Shown here piece after piece: positions 48,080 through 56,013 of a stretch of 64,000 bases of DNA; within the stretch, counting starts at the first letter, position 1, and each line of letters starts with the position of its first letter. The DNA is taken from assembly GCA_020854835.1 (NCBI GenBank), contig JAHKLX010000022.1, positions 55,242 through 119,241 on the forward strand, given 5' to 3'. This DNA comes from Candidatus Micrarchaeota archaeon (GTDB lineage: Archaea > Micrarchaeota > Micrarchaeia > Anstonellales > JAGGVH01). Position numbers and translations under genes: made by a program. The notes beneath the pieces were generated by a model. That model saw only the letters and a program-made list of their open reading frames with translations. It ran no database searches and was not told where the DNA came from.

Positions 48080-51000
48080 TTGAATAATAATACTGTTTGC
48101 TCAAATACATTGGATTTAAATGGTACATGGTCATCTTATCCAAATAATGACTGGTCTAATTCAACTTATGATACGTCCGACCCTGATAATCACATTTATT
48201 TTGATAGAATTTCTTGGTGTAATGGCACTGAGTTCACTTACACTCCGATCAATGTTACTTTAACCGGTCCAGCAAATGGAGCGTTAATTACTGAAGATTC
48301 AACAACATTAAATTATACTGTTAACATTGAAGCGAACTGTACTGTTTATCACAACATAACTGGCTGGCGCGCAGACTGCGAGACAAACGGGACAACTGGC
48401 GCATCATGCGGAGTCAATTCAATGGAAGATGGAGTTTATGAATGGAATGTTTATTGTGTTGACGCTAATGATGAAATAAACAGTGCGTGGGCAGAAGAAA
48501 CTAATCGGACATTTACTGTTAACACAGGGTTTATTCAAGGAGTTTGCGAACAAACAATAACCAAAGATGCGACCCTTACAGAAAATTTAGATTGCAGGGA
48601 TGAAAAAGGGATAATAATCGGAGCGGACAATCTTGTAATTGATTGTGATAATTATAACCTAACTGGTGACGGAACGTATTTGGGTATAGAAATTAATGGT
48701 TACAATAACATAACAGTTCAAAACTGCAACATATATACTTTTGCAACTGGAATTTCATTGGCACATACTGTTAACAATACCATTCAAAACAATTACATGG
48801 AAGATAATGGTTTCGCTCCTACGACAGGAATTAATTTGTATAATGCGAATTACACAGACATTTTAGATAACATAATTGTTTCCGATAGGGGAGATGGAGT
48901 TCACCTTGAAGAGAGTTTTTACAATAATTTGGAAAGAAATAATGCGAGCACTAACGCAAGACATGGATTTTATATAGAATTAAGTGATAACAATACTTTA
49001 ACAGATAACATTGCAGTATCCAACGGAAAATACGGTTTTTATGTTGAGTTAAGTTATTACAACATTTTAACAGGCAATTATGCAGGTTATAATGGTTATG
49101 ATGGATTATATTTATCGGGAAGCGATAATAATACCTTAATTGAAAATGTTGTAGAAAACAATTATTTCAACGGTTTGTTTTTAGACGGAAGCTCTTACAA
49201 TATTTTAACTGGTAATGAAGTGAGCGGGCATCCACTGGGAGAACCAAGCGGATATTTTGGTTTAGGATTACTTGACAATTCAAATTTTAACACATTGGAA
49301 GATAACTTAATGACCAATAATTTTATAGGATTGTATTTGTTTGGCGTTCATAATAATACATTTATTAATACCACCACAACAAATAATACGTACGGTACTC
49401 AACAATTTATAGATGCGGACAATACTTTTATAGACACTTATGCGTGCGGAAACGATGTTTATGATATACTCGAGGATGATTTAAACAACACTTGGATACG
49501 CACCATTTATTCAATTTCTGATGCAAATGCAACCTATCTTGACCAGATAGCAACATGCCCGATCGTGCAGGGTGTCTGCGGACAGATTATTGGAATAAAT
49601 ACTGTATTAACTGAAGATATTATTTGTGAAGATGGAGATTTAGGTGAAGGTGAAGCCGCTTTAAGCATTGTTGCCGATAGTATAACAATAGATTGTAATG
49701 GTTATGCATTGGTAGGTTATGAAGGCATAGGTATAGGCATAGAAGGAGTTGGTTATGATGGAATAACACTTGTTAATTGTAATATAACTAATTTCTTGAC
49801 TGGTGTTTATATTGAAGATTCTATCGGAACTGAAATTTATGATAATCATGTACATTACAATGGAATGTGGCGTCCCGATGATACTGGAATTCATTTCTAT
49901 AATGTAAACTATTCTTCAATATACAATAATTTTGTTTATGAAAATGATATCGGAATAGTATTGGAAGATTCAAATGAAAATGAGATTTATGGCAATGAAA
50001 TTTATGAAAACTTAGGTTCTGGAATAGAATTTTACAATTCAATACATAATGAAGTATATGAAAATGAAATTTACTTTAATATGTATGGTATGTATTTTGA
50101 AAATACTAATAATACATTAATGTATGACAATTTAGTATGTTTAAATGATCTTATTGATATTCTTTTCCGTGAAGATGCTGAAGGAAATGAGGGAGAAAAT
50201 ATTTGTAATGTCTTAAATGATATCGCCGAGTCTAATGCAGAAGTTTCCTGCCCGACAGGATGCCCATATTATGGGACTTGTGGAGCTGAAATAGGTAATA
50301 GTATTATTTTTGGTAAAGACATGGAAAATTGCGAAAATGGATTATTAATCACTGCATCTGATGTTGTAATTGATTGTAATGGTTATGGAATTTATGGAGA
50401 TAATACAAGTGGGGGATTTGGAATAGTAGTAGATTCAGTAGATAATGTAACCATACATAATTGTACTATTAAATATTTTGGAGAAGGAATTGCACTATTC
50501 GGCTCTAATGGTAGTACTATTACTAACAATCATTTAGATTCAAACGGAGTAGGCAGTATAGGTACAGGTATTTTAATGATTGAAAGCAACTACACTACTG
50601 TTCAGAATAATCTTATTGAAAATGATCTTGGGAATGGTATATATGTTCTTTTAGGAAATCTCAATACCATCGCAAATAATGAGTTAATCAATAATTATTA
50701 CGGAATGTTAGTTGAAGGTTCAAATAATAACTCAATAGAAGATAATATTTGCAATGAAAATTTAGAAGGAATTGTTTTATCTGACAGTTCAAATTACAAT
50801 ACCTTATTAAGAAATACTGTAAACAGGAACGAATTATTTGGAATTTATTTGACTGGCCCCAGCATGCACAATTATTTAATTGAAAATACTGTCAGTCAAA
50901 ATTATGGGGGCCCCTCTTATGGAATTTTGATTGATACTGGTGCCGATAATAATACGCTAACAAACAATACTGTTATTCAAAATGATGTAGGTATTTCAAT

Positions 51001-52912
51001 TGACTCTGCAGACAACACATTAACAGATAATTTTGCGTGTTCGAATACAAATTTTGATGTCACAGATTCTTTAAACGAAAGCACATGGACAAGAACAACT
51101 TACACCCTATCTGATCCTATAAATACAACTTACTTTGATCAATTGGATACTTGCCCCTTCCTACAAGGTGTCTGTGGACAGACAATAACTGAAAGCATAA
51201 CTTTGACAGAAGATATGGATTGTTCTTGGACAAATATTGATGGTATAAAGGTTATTGGTGCAGGAGATTTAGTAATTGACTGCGATGGACACAAACTAAT
51301 CGGTGACGGTGGAGAAGAGGGGAATGTAGGCATATACATCTTAGAACAAAATAATATTGAAATACTCAATTGCGAAATAGAAGGATTCTTTTATGGAATA
51401 GAAATAGATACGGGGGATAATGTTAGTGTAGAAGATTCGAATATACATGATAATACTTGTGAGGGTTTGTATATTTATGAATCAAACACAACAGTCAAAA
51501 ACACAATTTTCCAAGACAATTTGGATTTATGCGCCAGAACAGGTTTGTACCTCTCAGCTTCAACTTTACACCTATTCAACAGCCATTTCATTAATAACGA
51601 TGAATATGGGTTGTATGAAGAATTCAGAGTAGAGTTGGACACAGTCTACTGGACAATAGAGGATTATGCATCATGTATAGATAATAATATGCAGTTTAGT
51701 ACAGAAGACGGATACATAACTTTTGACGGTGGAATATTACATCTAGACAACTGTGTTTTAGAAATTTATAATCAAGAAACAGAAACATGGGCAAATTGGA
51801 CAATTACGGGCAACATGACAGATTATGTTCCGCCAAAAGAAATGGAAGAAAATGATACTGCAACATTTGAATTTGATAATTCAGACACACAAATAGACTT
51901 AAATTTAAATGACACTGTTAATGCCTCAGTTTTTGTAGGTTTGTTGGATGATGAAGATGTGGGCAGTTTAGGAATCGGACCAATCGGTATGTTACCTTTC
52001 AAAGGTATTCAAGTAGAATTAAACGAAGATGCAAACAATACATTAAATTGGGCAATAATTAGAATATATTATACAGATGCAGAATTAGATGCATTAGGAA
52101 TTGAAGAGTCCTCATTAAGAATGTACTATTTCAATGAAACATCTGGTGAATGGGAACTTGTAGAAGAGCAGGGAATCGTTACAACTCCTCCTAAATATGT
52201 TTGGGGAAATGTAACACATTTCAGTACGTATGCTTTATTTGGTGAGGAAGCAGAAGAGGCAGATGACGACGATGATGACGACGATGATGACGATCCAGTA
52301 AGAAGAGGTGGAAGTGGAGGGGGAGCAGTTGCAGTTGGCTCAAGACCTCCAGCAGATGAAGAAGATGAAGATGATACAACTGAACAAGATGTAATTGATG
52401 ATATTATACCAGAAATAATCCCTCCAGTTCAACCATATAAATGTTATGAAATGACATGGAATTATGAATACAACAATTTAATCAACCAACCAGTAACAAT
52501 AACAGTTTTAGCAAACGATCAACCAGCTGAAAATGTTTTAATTGACATTGTTTCACCATTAAACAAAATAATTTCTTTAACAACTGACGCAACAGGCAGA
52601 GCAACTTTCACACCAGATTATGAAGGCATCTACAAAGCACAAATAAGAAGCTGTGATACAAAAGGTTCAATAAACGTTTTAACATCAATGCCCTCAGTTA
52701 AACCTCCAACAACAGAACCAGATCCTGGATCAACAATAGTTGAACCAGAACAACAAACAGATTGGCTTTGTATTGGTGCAATAATTGTCATTGTTTTGAT
52801 AATAGGAGTTGCGGTTCTTGGTGGAGCAGGCGGACTTGCTGCTTTAGGAGCAACAGGGAAAACACCAATAGGTAGTTCTCCTGATAAAAGTCTTCCTAAA
52901 AAACGCAAATAA
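48080..52912 (+). CDS. C-terminal part of the same beta-helix surface protein: multiple PbH1 modules, poly-Asp linker, Ig-like domain, C-terminal TM anchor
   Basis: The frame is open from 48047 and has no ATG or SD of its own (the track uses TTG 48080). It repeats the QGVC.QT...LTED..C...D..VIDC.G..L.G cap modules, carries an 11-residue poly-Asp run, and ends in WLCIGAIIVIVLIIGVAVLGGAG followed by the basic tail PKKRK. Confidence 0.8.
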   Translation: MNNNTVCSNTLDLNGTWSSYPNNDWSNSTYDTSDPDNHIYFDRISWCNGTEFTYTPINVTLTGPANGALITEDSTTLNYTVNIEANCTVYHNITGWRADCETNGTTGASCGVNSMEDGVYEWNVYCVDANDEINSAWAEETNRTFTVNTGFIQGVCEQTITKDATLTENLDCRDEKGIIIGADNLVIDCDNYNLTGDGTYLGIEINGYNNITVQNCNIYTFATGISLAHTVNNTIQNNYMEDNGFAPTTGINLYNANYTDILDNIIVSDRGDGVHLEESFYNNLERNNASTNARHGFYIELSDNNTLTDNIAVSNGKYGFYVELSYYNILTGNYAGYNGYDGLYLSGSDNNTLIENVVENNYFNGLFLDGSSYNILTGNEVSGHPLGEPSGYFGLGLLDNSNFNTLEDNLMTNNFIGLYLFGVHNNTFINTTTTNNTYGTQQFIDADNTFIDTYACGNDVYDILEDDLNNTWIRTIYSISDANATYLDQIATCPIVQGVCGQIIGINTVLTEDIICEDGDLGEGEAALSIVADSITIDCNGYALVGYEGIGIGIEGVGYDGITLVNCNITNFLTGVYIEDSIGTEIYDNHVHYNGMWRPDDTGIHFYNVNYSSIYNNFVYENDIGIVLEDSNENEIYGNEIYENLGSGIEFYNSIHNEVYENEIYFNMYGMYFENTNNTLMYDNLVCLNDLIDILFREDAEGNEGENICNVLNDIAESNAEVSCPTGCPYYGTCGAEIGNSIIFGKDMENCENGLLITASDVVIDCNGYGIYGDNTSGGFGIVVDSVDNVTIHNCTIKYFGEGIALFGSNGSTITNNHLDSNGVGSIGTGILMIESNYTTVQNNLIENDLGNGIYVLLGNLNTIANNELINNYYGMLVEGSNNNSIEDNICNENLEGIVLSDSSNYNTLLRNTVNRNELFGIYLTGPSMHNYLIENTVSQNYGGPSYGILIDTGADNNTLTNNTVIQNDVGISIDSADNTLTDNFACSNTNFDVTDSLNESTWTRTTYTLSDPINTTYFDQLDTCPFLQGVCGQTITESITLTEDMDCSWTNIDGIKVIGAGDLVIDCDGHKLIGDGGEEGNVGIYILEQNNIEILNCEIEGFFYGIEIDTGDNVSVEDSNIHDNTCEGLYIYESNTTVKNTIFQDNLDLCARTGLYLSASTLHLFNSHFINNDEYGLYEEFRVELDTVYWTIEDYASCIDNNMQFSTEDGYITFDGGILHLDNCVLEIYNQETETWANWTITGNMTDYVPPKEMEENDTATFEFDNSDTQIDLNLNDTVNASVFVGLLDDEDVGSLGIGPIGMLPFKGIQVELNEDANNTLNWAIIRIYYTDAELDALGIEESSLRMYYFNETSGEWELVEEQGIVTTPPKYVWGNVTHFSTYALFGEEAEEADDDDDDDDDDDPVRRGGSGGGAVAVGSRPPADEEDEDDTTEQDVIDDIIPEIIPPVQPYKCYEMTWNYEYNNLINQPVTITVLANDQPAENVLIDIVSPLNKIISLTTDATGRATFTPDYEGIYKAQIRSCDTKGSINVLTSMPSVKPPTTEPDPGSTIVEPEQQTDWLCIGAIIVIVLIIGVAVLGGAGGLAALGATGKTPIGSSPDKSLPKKRK

Positions 52913-52974
52913 CTTCTTTTTTCTTTTTTTAATTTTCAAAAACCTTAAATTACTATTGTTTATTAATTATACTA

Positions 52975-54723
52975 ATGAAAGCTTCAGAATTAAAAAAGTT
53001 ATATATTGATTTCTTCAAATCTAAAGGTCATGCTGTGATAGAATCAAATTCACTTGTACCCGAACATGATCCAACTGTTTTATTTACAACAGCAGGAATG
53101 CACCCTTTAGTTCCCTATATTCTTGGTCAGAAACATCCTTTGGGGAAAAGACTAGTTAATGTTCAAAAATGCTTAAGAACAGATGACATAAATGAAATTG
53201 GAGATTATTATCACCATACTTTCTTTGAAATGCTTGGTAATTGGTCATTGGGAGATTACTTTAAAATTGAAGCAATTGAATATAGTTTTGAATTTTTAAC
53301 TGAGATATTGAAAATACCTTTGAATAAATTGGCAATAACTTGTTTTGCAGGAGATGATGACTCTCCAAAGGATGAAGTATCTGCAAACGTCTGGAAAGCT
53401 TTGGGTATTTCTGAAGAACGAATTGTTTTTCTAGGGAAAAAACATAATTGGTGGGGTCCCCCTGGGGCAACAGGTCCTTGTGGTCCAGACACTGAAATGT
53501 TTTATTGGGCAGACGAAAGCAAACCCCCTGAAAAATTTGATCCTGAAGATGATAGATGGGTAGAGATATGGAATGATGTTTTCATTCAATATGAAAAAAC
53601 ATCAGAGGGGAAATATATTCCCCTAAAACAAAAATGTGTTGACACAGGTTTGGGTGTTGAAAGAGTTTCAGCAGTTTTACAAGGATATATGGATAATTAT
53701 AAGACCGAACTTTTCTGGCCCATCATCGAAAAAATCCAAGAATTAACAAAAAAAGATTACCAAGACAACAAAAAAATAATGAGAATCATTGCAGACCACA
53801 CACGTGCCGCAGTTTTTATTCTGGGGGATGAAAGAGATGTTGTCCCTTCAAATGTTGATCAAGGTTATATCTTAAGAAGATTGGTTCGAAGAGTTATTCG
53901 CCATATGAAAATGCTTGGCTGTGAAAAATCAATGAGTATTCTGGCAGGAGAAGTAATTTCAATATATCAAACCAATTATTCTTCATTAAATTCAAAAAAA
54001 GAATATATATTGGGTGAATTGGAAAAAGAAGAAACAAAATTCCAAAAAACATTAGAAAAGGGATTAAAAGAATTTGAAAAAATAACTGAAAATTCAAACG
54101 AATTACTTGGAAAAGACGCGTTTTTATTATTCCAAAGTTATGGTTTTCCCATTGAATTAACAAAAGAATTATGCAACGAACAAGGAATAATTTTGGATAA
54201 AAAAGGATTTGAAAGAGAATACGAAAAACACCAAATGCTTTCAAGGGTTGGTGCAGAGCAAAAATTTAAAGGAGGATTGAGCGAAGCATCTGATGAAACA
54301 AAAAAACTCCATACTGCAACCCACCTTTTAAATGAAGCCTTGCGCAGAGTTTTATCTTCAGATATCAAACAAAAAGGAAGCAACATAAATTCTAAAAGAC
54401 TGCGATTTGATTTTAATTTTGATAGAAAATTAACTGAAGAAGAAATCAAGAGGATTGAGGATGAAATCAACCGAATTATAGGATTAAATTTACCCATAAC
54501 TGCACAAGAAATGCCTCTACAAAAGGCTTTGGATTCTGGGGCTCAGGCAGAATTTGGTGCGAAATATCCTGATGTAGTTACAGTTTATTATGTTGGTGAT
54601 TATTCAAAGGAGATTTGCATGGGTCCTCACGTTGAGAATACTAAGGACTTAGGGAGTTTCAAAATATTAAAAGAAGAATCAAGTGCAGCAGGAATAAGAA
54701 GAATAAAAGCAGTTTTAGAATAA
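52975..54723 (+). CDS. alaS: Alanine--tRNA ligase, bacterial-type N-terminus, short form without a C-Ala domain
   Basis: LYIDFFKSKGHAVIESNSLVPEHDPTVLFTTAGMHPLVPYILG, FFEMLGNWSLGDYFK and GPCGPDTEMF, plus the editing-domain motifs HTATHLL and CMGPH. Total length is only 582 aa. Confidence 0.9.
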   Translation: MKASELKKLYIDFFKSKGHAVIESNSLVPEHDPTVLFTTAGMHPLVPYILGQKHPLGKRLVNVQKCLRTDDINEIGDYYHHTFFEMLGNWSLGDYFKIEAIEYSFEFLTEILKIPLNKLAITCFAGDDDSPKDEVSANVWKALGISEERIVFLGKKHNWWGPPGATGPCGPDTEMFYWADESKPPEKFDPEDDRWVEIWNDVFIQYEKTSEGKYIPLKQKCVDTGLGVERVSAVLQGYMDNYKTELFWPIIEKIQELTKKDYQDNKKIMRIIADHTRAAVFILGDERDVVPSNVDQGYILRRLVRRVIRHMKMLGCEKSMSILAGEVISIYQTNYSSLNSKKEYILGELEKEETKFQKTLEKGLKEFEKITENSNELLGKDAFLLFQSYGFPIELTKELCNEQGIILDKKGFEREYEKHQMLSRVGAEQKFKGGLSEASDETKKLHTATHLLNEALRRVLSSDIKQKGSNINSKRLRFDFNFDRKLTEEEIKRIEDEINRIIGLNLPITAQEMPLQKALDSGAQAEFGAKYPDVVTVYYVGDYSKEICMGPHVENTKDLGSFKILKEESSAAGIRRIKAVLE

Positions 54724-54960
54724 CTATTTCTTTTTTATTACCATAATCAAAACAATGATTGCCCCCAGACAACTAAGCCCATTTAATCCTGCAAGTACTG
54801 GGTCAGAGCTATATGTTTCAACTATAATAAAGAATATCCCTAATGCTTGTAAGACAGCAAAAACAGGTGAAATGGTTTTTTCATTTTTGTTTTTAAACAA
54901 CAAGTATATCTGAAACGACCATGCTATTATAATCAAACAAAGCCCAATCCACGATAACAT
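54724..54960 (-). CDS. Small three-helix membrane protein
   Basis: A 78-aa protein with three hydrophobic helices. Loosely resembles 3-TM PQ-loop/LAB_N-type proteins, but no diagnostic motif is seen. Confidence 0.4.
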   Translation of the reverse strand: MLSWIGLCLIIIAWSFQIYLLFKNKNEKTISPVFAVLQALGIFFIIVETYSSDPVLAGLNGLSCLGAIIVLIMVIKKK

Positions 54961-55032
54961 ATGCCATACTGAGTAATTATTGTTTAAAAAGGTTTCTTTA
55001 CAACAGCTAAATTTTCAAAAAATAACAAAACA

Positions 55033-55042
55033 TTTATAAATA
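55033..55042 (+). promoter_or_regulatory. TATA box for the downstream structured RNA gene
   Basis: TTTATAAATA is centred about 27 nt upstream of the first G of the closing helix at 55064. Confidence 0.5.
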
Positions 55043-55063
55043 TCACTGTTTTATAGAATTAGT

Positions 55064-55289
55064 GGATGGCAAGGACTATTCGGTTGCTCTGGAAAGAGTG
55101 TGACCATATAGGCCTCTGACATGCATTCAGCCAGTAATGTGGTGACTGGACTATAACTCACTTCATGAAACCTGTGTATGCTACGCTGGTGTATGGCTCA
55201 AAGGAGATAACCTTAGAGTGGGAGGGTAGGTTAGGATTTAGGCCCAGAAACACTTGAGGCACTTCTTTACCGAGTCCAGTATGCCATCC
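55064..55289 (+). ncRNA. Unclassified structured RNA, about 226 nt
   Basis: A local GC-enriched island in an AT-rich genome, with no plausible ORF. An 8-bp closing helix GGAUGGCA/UGCCAUCC (55064-71 / 55282-89) extends into GGACU/AGUCC and CGG/CCG. There is a CUCU-GGAA-AGAG GNRA hairpin at 55087-98. TATA box upstream and a T-rich tract downstream. Confidence 0.6.
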
Positions 55290-55300
55290 TTTATATTTTT
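55290..55300 (+). terminator. Oligo-T tract after the structured RNA
   Basis: TTTATATTTTT lies directly after the closing helix. Archaeal termination typically uses T-runs. Confidence 0.4.
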
Positions 55301-55322
55301 AACAAATAAGGTGGTGTTTTTT

Positions 55323-55655
55323 ATGGTGGTTAAAAAAGTAAGGGGAAAAGTATCTAAAACAGTTAAAGGTGCTGTTAAAACCAAAAAGAAAGCAGTGAAA
55401 AAAGTATCTAAAACAGTTAAAGGTGCTGTTAAAACCAAAAAGAAAGCAGTTAAAAAAGTATCTAAAACAGTTAAAGGTGCTGTTAAAACCAAAAAGAAAG
55501 CAGTGAAAAAAGTAAGCGGTAAAATATCTAAAACAGCTAGTAGAGTAAAGAAAAAAATAACTTCTGCAATCTCTATCTTAACAAAGAAAAAACCCCGCAC
55601 CAAAAGTAAAAAATCAAAAAAATCTAAAATCGAAAAAATGAAAAAATTAATTTAA
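55323..55655 (+). CDS. Lysine-rich repeat protein (linker-histone-like low-complexity basic protein)
   Basis: ATG 55323 lies about 8 nt after a GGTGGTG SD. The unit KKVSKTVKGAVKTKKKAV occurs three times, plus one degenerate copy. The track start at 55254 would run through the RNA gene. Confidence 0.6.
   Translation: MVVKKVRGKVSKTVKGAVKTKKKAVKKVSKTVKGAVKTKKKAVKKVSKTVKGAVKTKKKAVKKVSGKISKTASRVKKKITSAISILTKKKPRTKSKKSKKSKIEKMKKLI
55350..55511 (+). repeat. Three near-perfect 54-bp in-frame tandem repeats
   Basis: Copies start at 55350, 55404 and 55458, and I see one substitution among them (G/T in cagtGaaaa vs cagtTaaaa). A diverged fourth copy starts at 55512. Confidence 0.9.
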
Positions 55656-55810
55656 ACAAATCTTATTTTTTTATATTTTTCCGTCATCCAATATTTTTTC
55701 TTAACAATTACTTTTAATGTTATTCAAGTATCCCAAAATTGAAAATATAAAAATTTATAATATTTGGATTTCAAATAAATTTAAAAAAAAGAAGTAATGC
55801 TTTTCAAAAA

Positions 55811-55945
55811 TTATTTTTTAAGAAATTTTGAAAGCACATTACAGAGGCAGCATCCTTGTTTTTTTTCACCTGCTTCTTTCTTAGCTTTTGCTCTTCCTCT
55901 ATGAACCTTTTTTCTAGTTTGTCTTCTTTTTGCTGGTTCTTTCAT
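55811..55945 (-). CDS. Candidate 44-aa basic small protein (below the ORF-track cut-off)
   Basis: My manual translation gives MKEPAKRRQTRKKVHRGRAKAKKEAGEKKQGCCLCNVLSKFLKK. The ATG is preceded by GAGGTGA at 5-nt spacing. No family recognised. Confidence 0.3.
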   Translation of the reverse strand: MKEPAKRRQTRKKVHRGRAKAKKEAGEKKQGCCLCNVLSKFLKK

Positions 55946-56013
55946 TAAAATCACCTCAATAACAATTAATTAAACAACATATATTTTAAAAACCTTAACT
56001 TTGTTATAAATAT

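Noticed and set aside
47294-51632. Short ORFs on both strands inside the beta-helix gene (for example 47294-47641, 49661-50042, 51139-51369, 51447-51632)
   Set aside because: They are embedded in a long, internally repetitive coding frame with consistent module structure. They have no independent start signals.
52264-52296. GAY-repeat tract considered as a non-coding microsatellite
   Set aside because: It is in frame within the beta-helix protein and encodes 11 consecutive Asp between acidic and glycine-rich linker residues. It may still be length-variable.
55064-55289. Confident labelling of the structured RNA as SRP RNA or RNase P RNA
   Set aside because: I could not find the helix-8 GGAA...AGCA signature of SRP RNA or the GGAAAGUCC / ACAGAA..GGCUUA core of RNase P RNA. 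The only GGAAAG is the loop of a local CUCU/AGAG hairpin, and the length is also short for either RNA. It is kept as unclassified.
55350-55511. Regularly spaced 54-bp direct repeats considered as a CRISPR-like array
   Set aside because: The copies are contiguous with no spacers. They are in-frame within a coding sequence and there are no cas genes in the window.
55238-55603. 121-aa minus-strand ORF, and the 5' extension (55254-55322) of the plus-strand K-rich ORF
   Set aside because: The minus ORF is the F/L/T-rich antisense of the lysine repeats. The plus-strand extension would run through the 3' half of the structured RNA and lacks an SD, whereas ATG 55323 has one.
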